From an uncultured Alphaproteobacteria bacterium (GTDB taxonomy: Bacteria > Pseudomonadota > Alphaproteobacteria > Sphingomonadales > Sphingomonadaceae), in contig CAWJMA010000007.1 of assembly GCA_963843855.1 (NCBI GenBank), forward strand, positions 185,065 through 249,064: DNA of 64,000 nt, given 5' to 3'. Both the position numbers and the translations under genes were made by a program. The notes beneath the pieces were generated by a model. The model was not told the DNA's origin and searched no databases. It worked only from the letters and a program-made list of their open reading frames with translations. This document shows positions 9,391 through 19,791 of the stretch, one piece after another; positions within the stretch are counted from its first letter, which is position 1, and each line of letters opens with the position of its first letter.

Positions 9391-12018
9391 ATGAAATTTT
9401 CCGCTCGCTTTGCCAGCCATTTGTTGCTGGGTGCCGCATTCGCCGCCATCTCTTCGCCAACTTTTGCCCAGACCGCTGCGGAAGAAACAGCGCAGGTGGC
9501 CGCAAGCCCGAATCCGGACGTTGCAACGCCGGAAGACGAGGATGCGATCATCGTGACCGCGACCAAGCGGTCGACACGGGTCCAGGACGTTCCCTTCTCG
9601 ATCAATGCGCAGACCCAAGAAGACATCCAGCGTGCCAACGCCAGCACGGTCGAAGATCTTGCGCGCAACGTCGCTGGTCTCACTGTCCAGAATCTCGGGC
9701 CGGGTCAGAGCCAGGTGTCGATCCGAGGCGTTTCCGCCGGTCAGATTGTTCGTGACCAGCCGGGCGTGAAGGAACAGGTCGGCGTCTATCTTGACGAATC
9801 GGTGATCTCGCTTTCCTTGTTCACCCCGGATTTCGATTTTTACGATCTCAATCGCGTCGAAACGTTGCGCGGCCCGCAAGGGACGTTGTTCGGTTCGGGA
9901 AGCGTTGGCGGGACGATCCGCTACATCACCAACCAGCCGCGCCTCGGCGAGACTGAGGGCAGTGCAGAAGCCGGCCTGACATTGGTCAAGGGCGGGACGA
10001 TCGGCGGTTCGCTGAAGGGGATGGTCAACGTCCCGATCGGCGATAACGCGGCGCTCCGCGTGGTCGGTTACTACACCAAGTTTGGTGGCTTCATCGATGC
10101 GGCCGGGCCGGGTGGCGGCGACAATGTCAACGACGGTCGACGTATCGGCGTTCGCGCCTCATTGCTGTGGGAGCCGATCGAGGGCCTGAAGCTGACTCCG
10201 CGGGTCATCTGGCAGCGCGTGACCGCCGGTGGCTTCAACCGCGAGGAAATCTTCAACCTGGCCGCCAACGAAGACACCGGAACCGCGTTCCAGTTCGGCG
10301 ATCGCGAGCAATATTTGCGCCTTCCCGAGCAGTTTCGCGACAACACGTTCCTCGCCGACCTGTCGGCATCCTATGATTTCGGTTCGGTCGAACTGACCAG
10401 CGTCACCAGTTACATCAACCGCGACATCCTGGTCAGCCGAGATGCCAGTGCGCTAACTTCCTCGGTTTCGATCGCGCCATTTGTCACTGTGTTCGGCGCG
10501 GATCCGGACATCATATTCCTCAACTCGAACCTTCGGGACACGACCGACCTCAAGACCTGGACACAGGAACTGCGCCTGGGTTCGTCGGCACCGGGGCCGT
10601 TTCAGTGGGTCGCGGGCGGCTTCTACTCAAAGGTCAAACGCATCTATGCCCAGCGTCTACCGACGCCCGGTTACGACGCGTTCATTGACGATCCGGCGGT
10701 GTTCGGTCCGGGTACATCGCTTGCAGTCTCGAATGGCTTCCCGCTCAATTCGCCCTACAATGCGGATATCCCCTATGATATTCGCCAATTCGCACTGTTC
10801 GGCGAAGGAAGTTATGATTTCGGTCAGTTCAAGCTGACTGCCGGCGGCCGCTATTATTGGTTCAAGGAGACTCGCGACTTCGTTTCAGGCGGTATTTTCT
10901 CGAATAGCGATACGCGGCTTGACGACAAGACGAAGTCCAACGGCTTCAGCCCGCGCGCCATCGTCACGTGGGAGCCGACCCGGAATTTCAGCGTCAACCT
11001 GCAAGCGGCCAAGGGCTTCCGCCTCGGCGGCGTCAATGATCCGCTCAACCTTCCACTGTGCGACAACGGAGTGCCGGACGGGCCGGACGCCCGGACCTTT
11101 GGCGGCTTCCCCGGCTATGACGATGAAACGCTGTGGAATTACGAAGCCGGGATGAAATATTCGGCGGGCGGCTTCACCTTCAATGCAGCGGCTTTCTATA
11201 ATGATATCAGTAATTTGCAGGTTACAGCCGACGCCGGTTCTTGCTCTTCACGTGTCGTGTTCAACGTTCCGAAGGCCCATACGATGGGCGTCGAAGCGGA
11301 AGTCAGCGTTCGCCCGCTCGAAGGGCTCGAGCTATCGGTCGCTGGCTCGCTGATCGAAGCAGAATTCGACAGCACCCTGCGCAGCGCGGACGATCCGCTG
11401 ATCATTGGCGATCAGAGCTTCGTGATTGCCGGCATCCGCAAGGGCAACCGCCTGCCGACGGTTCCCAAGTTCCAGATTGCTGCAACCGCCACGTATGGCG
11501 CGCGTCTCAGCGACAATGCGGAATGGTATGTGTCGGGAAGCTTCCAACATGTCGGAAGCCGGTACACGCAGCCTTCGGATCAGGAACCGGGTGCAGGGAA
11601 TTTCACGGCGATCAATTTCTTCGGGCCGGCGCAAAACTTCTCGCTCGACCTGAAATTGCCGTCGTACAATCTCGTCAACCTGTCGGCCGGACTTGAGTTC
11701 GACAGCGGTTGGGACGTCGTGGTTTACGCCAACAACATCTTCGACGAATCGCCGAGGCTGTCGTTTGACCGTGAACGCGGCGGACGTGCTCGCCTAGCCT
11801 ACAATATCGGTAGCCCAAGGGTACTGGGACTGACGCTGCGCAAAGCCTTCCGCGCTGCGCCGCCACCACCGCCGCCAGCACCACCGGCACCGCCGCCGCC
11901 GCCCGCTCCGCCGCCCGCGTCGCAGACCTGCAGCGACGGTTCGGTGATCCTGGCGACCGAGGCATGCCCGTTGCCGCCTCCCCCGCCGCCGCCGGCGCCG
12001 GAACCGGAGCGCGGATAA
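9391..12018 (+). CDS. TonB-dependent receptor with Pro-rich C-terminal extension
   Basis: Signal peptide, IIVTATKR TonB-box region, plug motif RVETLRGPQGTLFGSGSVGGTIRYIT, barrel ending PRVLGLTLRKAF, then a 55-aa Pro-rich tail. Confidence 0.93.
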   Translation: MKFSARFASHLLLGAAFAAISSPTFAQTAAEETAQVAASPNPDVATPEDEDAIIVTATKRSTRVQDVPFSINAQTQEDIQRANASTVEDLARNVAGLTVQNLGPGQSQVSIRGVSAGQIVRDQPGVKEQVGVYLDESVISLSLFTPDFDFYDLNRVETLRGPQGTLFGSGSVGGTIRYITNQPRLGETEGSAEAGLTLVKGGTIGGSLKGMVNVPIGDNAALRVVGYYTKFGGFIDAAGPGGGDNVNDGRRIGVRASLLWEPIEGLKLTPRVIWQRVTAGGFNREEIFNLAANEDTGTAFQFGDREQYLRLPEQFRDNTFLADLSASYDFGSVELTSVTSYINRDILVSRDASALTSSVSIAPFVTVFGADPDIIFLNSNLRDTTDLKTWTQELRLGSSAPGPFQWVAGGFYSKVKRIYAQRLPTPGYDAFIDDPAVFGPGTSLAVSNGFPLNSPYNADIPYDIRQFALFGEGSYDFGQFKLTAGGRYYWFKETRDFVSGGIFSNSDTRLDDKTKSNGFSPRAIVTWEPTRNFSVNLQAAKGFRLGGVNDPLNLPLCDNGVPDGPDARTFGGFPGYDDETLWNYEAGMKYSAGGFTFNAAAFYNDISNLQVTADAGSCSSRVVFNVPKAHTMGVEAEVSVRPLEGLELSVAGSLIEAEFDSTLRSADDPLIIGDQSFVIAGIRKGNRLPTVPKFQIAATATYGARLSDNAEWYVSGSFQHVGSRYTQPSDQEPGAGNFTAINFFGPAQNFSLDLKLPSYNLVNLSAGLEFDSGWDVVVYANNIFDESPRLSFDRERGGRARLAYNIGSPRVLGLTLRKAFRAAPPPPPPAPPAPPPPPAPPPASQTCSDGSVILATEACPLPPPPPPPAPEPERG

Positions 12019-12063
12019 GGTTGCCATCCTGGCGTGAGGCCCCGCCTTGCGCCAAGAACGAAC

Positions 12064-12103
12064 ATGCCGCCCGGTCACATCGTTGACCGGGCGGCATTTC
12101 TTT
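12064..12103 (+). terminator. Rho-independent terminator between the convergent TBDR and dsbA-like genes
   Basis: ATGCCGCCCGGTCA-catcgt-TGACCGGGCGGCAT 14-bp perfect stem followed by TTCTTT. Confidence 0.85.
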
Positions 12104-12128
12104 GACGATTAGCAGTTTAGATGGGACG

Positions 12129-12836
12129 CTATTTCGCGATTGCAGCTTTCAGCGCCGGCTCGACCGCTTCCCAGGTGCCGCCCGACAATCTGGTGCCGTT
12201 GAGGAAGAAGGTCGGCGTTCCGGTCACGCCTTTGGCCCGTCCCGCTTCCGCAAAAGCGATCAGCCGGTCAGTCGCGGCGCGATCGGCGAGGCATTGATTG
12301 GCGCGCGCCAAGGTCAGGCCGCGACTGCCCGCAATCTTCTGCAATCCGGTGAGGTTCGCCAAGGCCGGAACCAGTTTCTCCGGCGGCGCACCCTGCAGGG
12401 CAGCCAGCTTTTCCTTGGGAATTTTTGTCGCCGCGCCCAACCATTGATCCTGTGTCGCAAACATCGTGTCGGCCAACGGGAAGAAGCCTTTCGCGCCGTT
12501 ACACCGCGCCAACAGCGTCGCCGCAACATCGTAACCATTGAGCAAATAGCTTCGGAATTCGTAGCGGACCTTGCCGGTCTTCACATAGTTCGCAACCAGC
12601 GGCTTGAGCCCGGTTTCGGCGAAATGCTTGCAATGCGAACAGGTCAGCGAGCCATATTCGACAAGCGTCAGCCTGGCCTTGGGGTTGCCCATGACGATAC
12701 CGCCCTCGGGCGTTTCGGCGACGACCTTTGACCAGTCGGTCGTGACACTTGCCTTTGCGTTCGCTTGTGCCGCGATTGCCGGCCCACTGACGCTGCCAAG
12801 AAATGCGGCGGACAAGGCCAGCGCAAACATTTTCAT
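12129..12836 (-). CDS. DsbA/thioredoxin-fold periplasmic protein
   Basis: Signal peptide, LVEYGSLTCSHC (CxxC), GTPTFFLNG cis-Pro motif. Confidence 0.88.
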   Translation of the reverse strand: MKMFALALSAAFLGSVSGPAIAAQANAKASVTTDWSKVVAETPEGGIVMGNPKARLTLVEYGSLTCSHCKHFAETGLKPLVANYVKTGKVRYEFRSYLLNGYDVAATLLARCNGAKGFFPLADTMFATQDQWLGAATKIPKEKLAALQGAPPEKLVPALANLTGLQKIAGSRGLTLARANQCLADRAATDRLIAFAEAGRAKGVTGTPTFFLNGTRLSGGTWEAVEPALKAAIAK

Positions 12837-12897
12837 GATCAAACCCCTCGTAAATCGCGTCGCTGGGTAAATTGCGGATGATGAACCGCAGATTGCC

Positions 12898-13449
12898 TCA
12901 GTCCGGGCGCCGCGCCACACCGACCAGTGCCGGACGAAGCAGCCGGTCCTTCATCTGGTAACCGGCCTGCATCTCTTCGACGACGGTTCCCGGTTCCTGA
13001 TCGCTGGGAATCTCGATCATCGCCTGATGCTTGTGCGGGTCGAGCGGCAAGCCTTTCGCCGCAACCCTTTCGACACCGTTGCGGGCGAACACCTGGTCCA
13101 GTTCGCGCGAGGTTGCCTCGATCCCGGCAAGGAAGTTGGCAGCGGTCTGGTCGGCGCGCAATTCCTCGCTAACCGCGGCTAACGCGCGATCGAGATGATC
13201 CTTGATCGCCAACATATCGCGCGCGAAGCCGGCGGCCGCATACGACCGCGCGTCGGCGGATTCCTTGTCCATCCGGCGCCGCGCATTCTGCAATTCGGCG
13301 GCAGCGTAGAGCGCCTTCTTATTGGCCTCTTCCAGCTGCGCCTCAAGCTCGGCGACGCGGTCATGCTCGGCCAGTTCGGGAGCATCCGCAGCGGTCTCGT
13401 TACGGATCTCTTCGGCTTCGTCGTGAAACTTCTCGTTATCGTCGTTCAT
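12898..13449 (-). CDS. grpE: Nucleotide exchange factor GrpE
   Basis: AELQNARRR, LDPHKHQAM, GYQMKDRLLRPALVGV; ATGA overlap with the hrcA stop. Confidence 0.95.
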   Translation of the reverse strand: MNDDNEKFHDEAEEIRNETAADAPELAEHDRVAELEAQLEEANKKALYAAAELQNARRRMDKESADARSYAAAGFARDMLAIKDHLDRALAAVSEELRADQTAANFLAGIEATSRELDQVFARNGVERVAAKGLPLDPHKHQAMIEIPSDQEPGTVVEEMQAGYQMKDRLLRPALVGVARRPD

Positions 13450-14480
13450 GGCATCCATCGTGATAGGGCCTGCGCAGTGAAATCCACCATGGGGACCACG
13501 CGGGCGTAGTTCAACCGGGTCGGGCCGATAACTCCGACCACCCCGACCACTTTGTCATCGCCGTCGCGATATGGGGCGGCAATGACGCTTGATCCAGACA
13601 AAGCGAACATTCTATTCTCGCTGCCGATGAAAATCCGGCAGCCGTCGGCCTCGCGCGCGCTCTCCAGAAGACGGGCGATTTCCTGCCGGTCCTCCAGTTC
13701 GTCGAGCAATTGCCGTACCCGGTCGAGGTCGGCGGCCGCATCGCCATCGATCAGGTTGGCCTGCCCACGAACGATCAGCACCGGCCGCTGGGCGGCGTCA
13801 TTGCTCCATTGCGCCATGCCCGATGCGACCAGCTCGGCAGCGACCCGGTCGATGGTTTCGCGGCGATCGACGATTTCCCGGCGCAAGCGCGCCTCTGCCT
13901 CGCCAAGGGTCATTCCGGACAGTCGGGCGCTCACGTAATTGCCGACCTCGACCAGCGCCATCGCATTGGTGCCCGGCGCCAGGTCGACCACCCGGTTTTC
14001 GACATTGCCGTCCATTCCGACCAGCACCGCAAGCGCGCGATTGGCGTCCAGCGGGACGAAGGATAGCTGTTTGAGCCGCATTTCCTGCTTCGGAGTCAAA
14101 ATGACCCCCGCGCAAGCCGACAATCCGCTGAGCGCTGCCGTCGCGCCTGCCAGCGCATCCTCGATCGTCCCGGTGCGCTGCATGGGATGTTCGATCGCGG
14201 CACGTTCCGCCGCGCCGGGCAGGCTTGCCTGCATCATGCCGTCGACGAACAGGCGAAGCCCGCTTTCGGTAGGCATCCGTCCGGCCGAGGTATGCGGATG
14301 GGTCAGTAGGCCGCGTTCCTCGAGTTCCTGCATGACGCCGCGGATCGATGCCGGCGAAAGGCTGATGCTGGGCGCCAGCATTTTCGACCCGACCGGAATC
14401 CCGCGCTCCAGATACGCTTCGACGACCAGTCCAAAGACCTGGCGCATCCGGTCGGTCAGCTCAGGGATCGGCGCGTTCAT
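13446..14480 (-). CDS. hrcA: Heat-inducible transcription repressor HrcA
   Basis: LSPASIRGVM..LE..GLLTHPHTSAGRMPT; VIGPTRLNYARVVPMV. Confidence 0.96.
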   Translation of the reverse strand: MNAPIPELTDRMRQVFGLVVEAYLERGIPVGSKMLAPSISLSPASIRGVMQELEERGLLTHPHTSAGRMPTESGLRLFVDGMMQASLPGAAERAAIEHPMQRTGTIEDALAGATAALSGLSACAGVILTPKQEMRLKQLSFVPLDANRALAVLVGMDGNVENRVVDLAPGTNAMALVEVGNYVSARLSGMTLGEAEARLRREIVDRRETIDRVAAELVASGMAQWSNDAAQRPVLIVRGQANLIDGDAAADLDRVRQLLDELEDRQEIARLLESAREADGCRIFIGSENRMFALSGSSVIAAPYRDGDDKVVGVVGVIGPTRLNYARVVPMVDFTAQALSRWMP

Positions 14481-14550
14481 TGCGACCCATCTAGGATTGC
14501 GGAGGCTCAGGGTCTAGGGAGCGGCAAAATCAGACCTCAAGGAGAAATTC

Positions 14551-15268
14551 ATGCGCCCTTCCGGCCGCACCCCCGATCAGATGCGTGAACTGACGTTCGA
14601 GCCCGCCTTCACCAAGCATGCCGAAGGAAGCTGTCTCGTCAGCTTCGGCGAAACCCGCGTGCTGGTCACTGCCTCGGTCGAAGACCGGATCCCGCCATGG
14701 TTGCGCGGCAAGGGCGAAGGCTGGGTGACCGCCGAATATGGCATGTTGCCGCGCGCAACCCATACTCGTGGCAATCGCGAAGCGGCCAAGGGCAAACAAT
14801 CGGGCCGGACGCAGGAAATTCAGCGCCTGATCGGCCGTTCGATGCGCGCGGTGATCGACCTGAAGGCTTTAGGCGAACGCCAGATCACGCTGGATTGCGA
14901 TGTTATCCAAGCCGATGGCGGTACTCGCACTGCGTCGATCAGCGGCGCATGGGTGGCGCTGCGAATCGCGATCGACAAGTTGATCGCCGACGGCAAGCTG
15001 GAAAAGGACCCGATCCTGACCCAGGTCGCGGCAGTATCGTGCGGCATCTACAATGGCACACCGGTCCTCGACCTCGACTATATCGAGGATTTCGAACGCG
15101 CATAGCGACGGCAATTTCGTTATGACCGGCGACGGCAACATCGTCGAGGCACAGCTGACCGCCGAGGGCGCGACCTTCGACGAGGAAGGCTTGCTTCGGC
15201 TGCTCCGTCTCGCGCGGATCGGTTGCACCGAAATCTTCAAAGGCCAGTTGAAAGCGACCGGTCGGTGA
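14551..15268 (+). CDS. rph: Ribonuclease PH; +1 frameshift at about 15090-15092 (probable sequencing error)
   Basis: [37 protein letters not shown]. Removing one T from GATTTC (15088-15093) gives [20 protein letters not shown] and joins ORF 15053-15268. Confidence 0.93.
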
Positions 15269-15882
15269 AGCCGATCGGTCCGAAGATCGTCGTTGCCAGC
15301 CATAATCCGGGCAAGGTGCGCGAGATTCGGGCCCTGCTCGCCCCATTCGGGGTAGAGACGGTGTCGGCGGGCGAACTGGGGCTCGACGAACCAGAGGAAA
15401 CCGGCACGACCTTCCGCGAAAATGCGCTGATCAAGGCCAATGCCAGCGCGGCGGCATCGGGGCTGCCCGCGCTGGCCGACGACAGCGGTCTGGAAGTGGC
15501 GGCGCTGGACGGTCGGCCCGGGGTGTACACCGCGGACTGGGCGGAGCGACAATCGTTCGAAGGCGCGCCCGGGCGCGACTGGTACCTGGCGATGGGCAAG
15601 GTCGAAGGATTGTTGGCCGCGCAGGGACCGGACGTCGATCGCAGCGCGCGCTTCGTTTGTACGTTGGCGCTGGCCTGGCCCGACGGCGCGCAAGAGGTAT
15701 TCGAAGGACAGGTCAAGGGAAGCCTGACCTGGCCACCACGCGGAGACAAGGGATTTGGCTACGACCCGGTGTTCGTTGCCGGCGGCATGGATCAGACCTT
15801 TGCCGAAATCGATCCGGCGCAAAAGCACGCGATCAGCCACCGCGCCGATGCATTCGAGAAATTGGTCGCCGCACTGACGTGA
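15265..15882 (+). CDS. rdgB: dITP/XTP pyrophosphatase (RdgB/HAM1)
   Basis: [36 protein letters not shown] motif. Confidence 0.95.
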   Translation: MKPIGPKIVVASHNPGKVREIRALLAPFGVETVSAGELGLDEPEETGTTFRENALIKANASAAASGLPALADDSGLEVAALDGRPGVYTADWAERQSFEGAPGRDWYLAMGKVEGLLAAQGPDVDRSARFVCTLALAWPDGAQEVFEGQVKGSLTWPPRGDKGFGYDPVFVAGGMDQTFAEIDPAQKHAISHRADAFEKLVAALT

Positions 15883-17015
15883 CCCAGCAGAAACCGCTCG
15901 CGCTTTACGTGCACTGGCCGTTTTGCGTCAGCAAATGCCCCTATTGCGACTTTAACAGTCATGTCCGTGACAGCGTCGATCAGGATACGTGGCGCGACGC
16001 CTTGCTGAGCGATCTGGCGCATGAAGCAGCGCTACTGCCAGAGCGGCGGTTGACCAGCATTTTCTTCGGTGGCGGGACGCCATCGCTGATGGATCCGGCA
16101 ACGGCCGAGGCCGTCATCCGTGCCGCTACCGAGGCCTGGACACCCGCCGAGGACATCGAGATCACGCTGGAGGCCAACCCGAACAGTGCGGAGGCGGAGC
16201 GCTTTGCTGATCTGGCCGCGGCGGGCGTCAACCGGATCAGCCTGGGCCTGCAAAGCTTCGACGATGCCAAGCTGGCATTCCTTGGACGTGCGCACAGCGC
16301 CGAAGAAGGCCAGCGCGCGCTCGCGGCTGCCCAGGCTGCTGTCCCTCGGGTCAGCTTCGACCTTATCTATGCCTTGCCCGATGACGATGATGCCGGCTGG
16401 ACCGCCGACCTTGACCGCGCAATCTCGCTGGGGACCGAGCATCTTTCGCTCTACCAGCTGACGATCGAACCCGGGACGCGTTTTGCGACCGACGTCGCCA
16501 AACATGCCTTCGAGCCGCTCGACGCCGATCGTTCGGCGGCCCTGTTCGAATATACCCAGGAACGAACGGCGGCCGCCGGAATCCCGGCCTATGAAATCTC
16601 GAACCATTCCCGATCCGGCGCGGAAAGCCGTCATAACCTGACCTATTGGCGCTACGACGATTATGCCGGAATTGGGCCCGGCGCCCACGGCCGACGACTG
16701 GGAATGCGCACCGTTCGCCACCGCAAGCCGGAGAATTTCCTCGGCGCGGTTGGGCGCAACGGCCACGGAATGGTCGAGGAAGAGTTACTGAATGCCGAGG
16801 AAGGCGCGAATGAGGCGCTGGTCATGGGACTGAGGCTGGCCGAGGGAATTGACAGGGCAATGCTGTCCCAGCGATTTGGCCGGGCCATCGTCGACGATGT
16901 TGCCGTCGCGCGCCTTGTCGGACTTGGCCTGCTGTGGAGTGAGGGCGACCGCGTCGGAACCAGTGACCATGGTCGGTTGCTGCTTGATTCGATCCTGGGC
17001 GAGATCGCCGCTTAA
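15879..17015 (+). CDS. hemW: Radical SAM heme chaperone HemW (HemN-like)
   Basis: [39 protein letters not shown]; conserved rph-rdgB-hemW order. Confidence 0.93.
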   Translation: MTQQKPLALYVHWPFCVSKCPYCDFNSHVRDSVDQDTWRDALLSDLAHEAALLPERRLTSIFFGGGTPSLMDPATAEAVIRAATEAWTPAEDIEITLEANPNSAEAERFADLAAAGVNRISLGLQSFDDAKLAFLGRAHSAEEGQRALAAAQAAVPRVSFDLIYALPDDDDAGWTADLDRAISLGTEHLSLYQLTIEPGTRFATDVAKHAFEPLDADRSAALFEYTQERTAAAGIPAYEISNHSRSGAESRHNLTYWRYDDYAGIGPGAHGRRLGMRTVRHRKPENFLGAVGRNGHGMVEEELLNAEEGANEALVMGLRLAEGIDRAMLSQRFGRAIVDDVAVARLVGLGLLWSEGDRVGTSDHGRLLLDSILGEIAA

Positions 17016-17344
17016 GGTTGGGGCTTGGCGCCGCCCATCTTGGATTTGTATTTCTCTTTCGACATGGCGTAATAATCGTCGATCTGTGCCTGTGCATCGC
17101 TTTCGGCGGCCGCTCGCTTGATCCCATTTTTCACGTCGAACGCGGTCAGCGCCGCTTTCAGCGCCGCCGCCTGGCCCGCGCAAATGGTGTCCATGTGACC
17201 CTGATAGGCATCGATCGCGATCTTCTGGCTTTCGGCCTTGCCGCTCGCGTCCCTGAGGCACGCAACGAACGCGCTTCGCGGCGCATTGATCGTCGCCTGC
17301 AGGCCCGCGGACGCAATGACCGACGATAGAAACAGTGAGATCAT
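17012..17344 (-). CDS. Small exported hypothetical protein
   Basis: Signal-like N-terminus, two Cys, strong GAGGGAG/GGGG SD region upstream. Confidence 0.7.
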   Translation of the reverse strand: MISLFLSSVIASAGLQATINAPRSAFVACLRDASGKAESQKIAIDAYQGHMDTICAGQAAALKAALTAFDVKNGIKRAAAESDAQAQIDDYYAMSKEKYKSKMGGAKPQP

Positions 17345-17407
17345 CCCCCGACTCCCTCTTCCCTGAGAACCGGAGAATGACTCTCTTTCCTCATGAATTC
17401 AATCGTT

Positions 17408-18559
17408 TCAGTTGCGGAATGTCGACGACGCAGGAGCGACGACGGTCGTTCCGCCTGCCGTGACCTGCCGAACTTCAAGTGCGCGTTCGACCACGCCGTC
17501 ACGGCCAAAGCGGAAAATACCGTCAACCCCGGCAAAACCATCGCGATCGCCAAGCACCTTCGTTGGGAAATTGCGCCCCATCGGCCACTGCCTAGCTGCC
17601 CGCACCGTCAGCAGCGCCGCGTCGTAACCCAGACTCCCGATCCGATAGGGCGTCTTGCCATAGCGCGCACGGTACCTGGTCACGAGCTGCTGGAATCGTG
17701 CATCGGGAGCGGCGGCATATAGTGAACCGCGCAACCGCGGAATTCTGCCCATCGAGCGGTCATTCGCCCATAATTCGGTGCCAAGCAGGGTCGGTCCGGT
17801 TTCGACCGTCGGCGCGATGGCGCTGACCAGGCCGCCGCTGTCGGCGATCAGCACCGCATCATATTCGCCGCGCGCATTGAGCGACATTGCTGCCGCCCGG
17901 CCCGCGCTCGCGGTTCGGTTGAAATTTTCAATCCCGATCATTCGTCCGCCCGAGGCACGAACCGAACCGAGCATCGCCTGCGCAGCGCGCTGGCCGTAAA
18001 GCCCGGTCGGGACGAGTGCGCCGAACCGCGCCGCACCCTTGCCACGAACATGGCGAACGACGCGGTCGATCGCCGCGCCTGGCGTGATCCCCATGATGTA
18101 AACGCCGTTCCCGGCAACACTGGTGTCATTCGAGAAGGAAACCAAAGGCACATTCGCCCGCCGCGCGACCGGCGCAAGTGCGCGCACATCTTCGGCAAGC
18201 AAGGGCCCAAGGATCAGCTTTGCGCCCGAAGCGATTGCGCGCTGGCCCGCCGCCGCCGCGCCGATTCCGCTGCTGTCGTAGGTGGTCAGGCGGATGTCCT
18301 TCGCGCCACTGTCGAGCAGCGCCAGCATCGCGGCATTGGCAATCGAAGTGCCTACCGCGCCGTCTTCGCCTGTCAAAGGAAGGACAATTGCGACCTGATG
18401 GCGCGCGCTTTCCGGAATTTCGCCGGGTTCGATCGGTTGCTGGGGACCAATCGGACGGACGGGCGCACGCGTCTGACAGGCGGTCAGGGTCAGCGCAGAC
18501 GCGCCAATTGCGAGAAGGAATGCGCGGCGCGCTTGCCGGTTGTCGAAGGAAAATGCCAT
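17408..18559 (-). CDS. Penicillin-binding protein activator LpoA-like lipoprotein (periplasmic binding-protein fold)
   Basis: Lipobox LTACQ, VAIVLPLTG, LILGPLLA, SLGYDAA; divergent from rsmI, with yraN downstream of rsmI. Confidence 0.8.
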   Translation of the reverse strand: MAFSFDNRQARRAFLLAIGASALTLTACQTRAPVRPIGPQQPIEPGEIPESARHQVAIVLPLTGEDGAVGTSIANAAMLALLDSGAKDIRLTTYDSSGIGAAAAGQRAIASGAKLILGPLLAEDVRALAPVARRANVPLVSFSNDTSVAGNGVYIMGITPGAAIDRVVRHVRGKGAARFGALVPTGLYGQRAAQAMLGSVRASGGRMIGIENFNRTASAGRAAAMSLNARGEYDAVLIADSGGLVSAIAPTVETGPTLLGTELWANDRSMGRIPRLRGSLYAAAPDARFQQLVTRYRARYGKTPYRIGSLGYDAALLTVRAARQWPMGRNFPTKVLGDRDGFAGVDGIFRFGRDGVVERALEVRQVTAGGTTVVAPASSTFRN

Positions 18560-18570
18560 GACCTCGTCCT

Positions 18571-19410
18571 GTGTCCTCTCCCCTTCCCCCCGGCCTCTAT
18601 ATCGTCGCCACCCCGATCGGCAATCTTTCGGACCTGTCGCCGCGCGCCGCATCGACGTTGCGCGATGCCGATCTTGTGCTTGCCGAGGACAAAAGGGTGA
18701 GCGCAAAATTGCTGGCCCACACCGGGTCGAAGGCGCGGATGCAGGTTTACCACGATCATAGCGACGGGGCGATTCGCGACTCGATCCTGGCCCGGCTCGG
18801 CAACGAGGCCGTGGCCTTGGTCAGTGATGCAGGGACCCCTTTGATTTCCGATCCCGGCTACAAATTGGTCCGTGCCGCGCGCGAAGCCGGCCTTGCCATT
18901 CATACGATTCCCGGACCTTGCGCCGCGATTGCCGCGATGACCCTGGCTGGCTTGCCAACCGACCGTTTCTTATTCGCCGGCTTCCTTCCCGCCAAGGCGA
19001 AGGGACGCGATGACGCGATTGCCGAGATCGCGACGGTTCGGGCGAGCCTCGTTTTCTACGAAAGCGGGCCGCGACTGGCCGCTTGCCTGACGGCCCTGGC
19101 TGCGGGACTGGGCAACCGCGACGCCGCAGTCGCGCGGGAAATCAGCAAGCTTCATGAGGAATGCATTACCGGAACGCTGACCGAGCTCGCCGCGCGCTAC
19201 GAACAAAAGGCACCGAAGGGCGAGATTGTGATCGTGGTCGGCCCGCCCGCGGAAGCGGCTGAGGCAAGCGATGATGATCTGGATGCTGCGCTCCGTAGCG
19301 CAATGGCGCATCAAAGCATTTCGCGCGCTGCCGCCGAGGTTGCCGCAACGCTCGGCATCCCACGCAAACGCGCCTACGCGCGTGCGCTCGAACTTGCCGG
19401 CGACAGCTGA
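18571..19410 (+). CDS. rsmI: 16S rRNA C1402 2'-O-methyltransferase RsmI
   Basis: LYIVATPIGNLSDLSPRA, LVSDAGTPLISDPG, REISKLHEE, KGEIVIV. Confidence 0.96.
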   Translation: MSSPLPPGLYIVATPIGNLSDLSPRAASTLRDADLVLAEDKRVSAKLLAHTGSKARMQVYHDHSDGAIRDSILARLGNEAVALVSDAGTPLISDPGYKLVRAAREAGLAIHTIPGPCAAIAAMTLAGLPTDRFLFAGFLPAKAKGRDDAIAEIATVRASLVFYESGPRLAACLTALAAGLGNRDAAVAREISKLHEECITGTLTELAARYEQKAPKGEIVIVVGPPAEAAEASDDDLDAALRSAMAHQSISRAAAEVAATLGIPRKRAYARALELAGDS

Positions 19411-19757
19411 ACCGCGCCGAGACCGAACGCCGCGGTCGCCGAGCCGAGTCGATCGCTGCCTGTTGGATGCGGCGGCACGGCTGGCAGATACTCGCACGCC
19501 GCGCGAAAGTTCGTGGCAGTCAGATCGACCTGATTGCCAATCGCGGGCGAACCGTCGCCTTCATCGAGGTCAAACAGCGCGCCAGCGAAGAGGCAGCCGG
19601 CCATTCGCTCGACGAACATCGCCTTCGCCTGATGATCGCCGCCGCCCACAGCCTGGTCCCACGCTGCGCCGGGAAGGGCGAGGATGTGCGGATCGATGCG
19701 ATCTTGATTGTCCCGGGACGCCTGCCCCGTCATCTCGCCGACATTTGGCATGGGTGA
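19407..19757 (+). CDS. yraN: YraN family endonuclease-like protein (probable CTG start)
   Basis: RGRRAESIAACW, EIDL-like QIDLIA, AFIEVK, RIDAI; position after rsmI. Confidence 0.85.
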   Translation: MNRAETERRGRRAESIAACWMRRHGWQILARRAKVRGSQIDLIANRGRTVAFIEVKQRASEEAAGHSLDEHRLRLMIAAAHSLVPRCAGKGEDVRIDAILIVPGRLPRHLADIWHG

Positions 19758-19791
19758 CAAAGGCCCTTCCCTCGCCTAGGCGATCATCGTC

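Noticed and set aside
11851-12010. CRISPR or DNA tandem repeat in the CCG-rich tract
   Set aside because: Third positions vary (CCG/CCA/CCC/CCT), consistent with coding polyproline; no repeat-spacer structure.
14481-14550. CIRCE element near hrcA
   Set aside because: No TTAGCACTC-N9-GAGTGCTAA match in the intergenic region.
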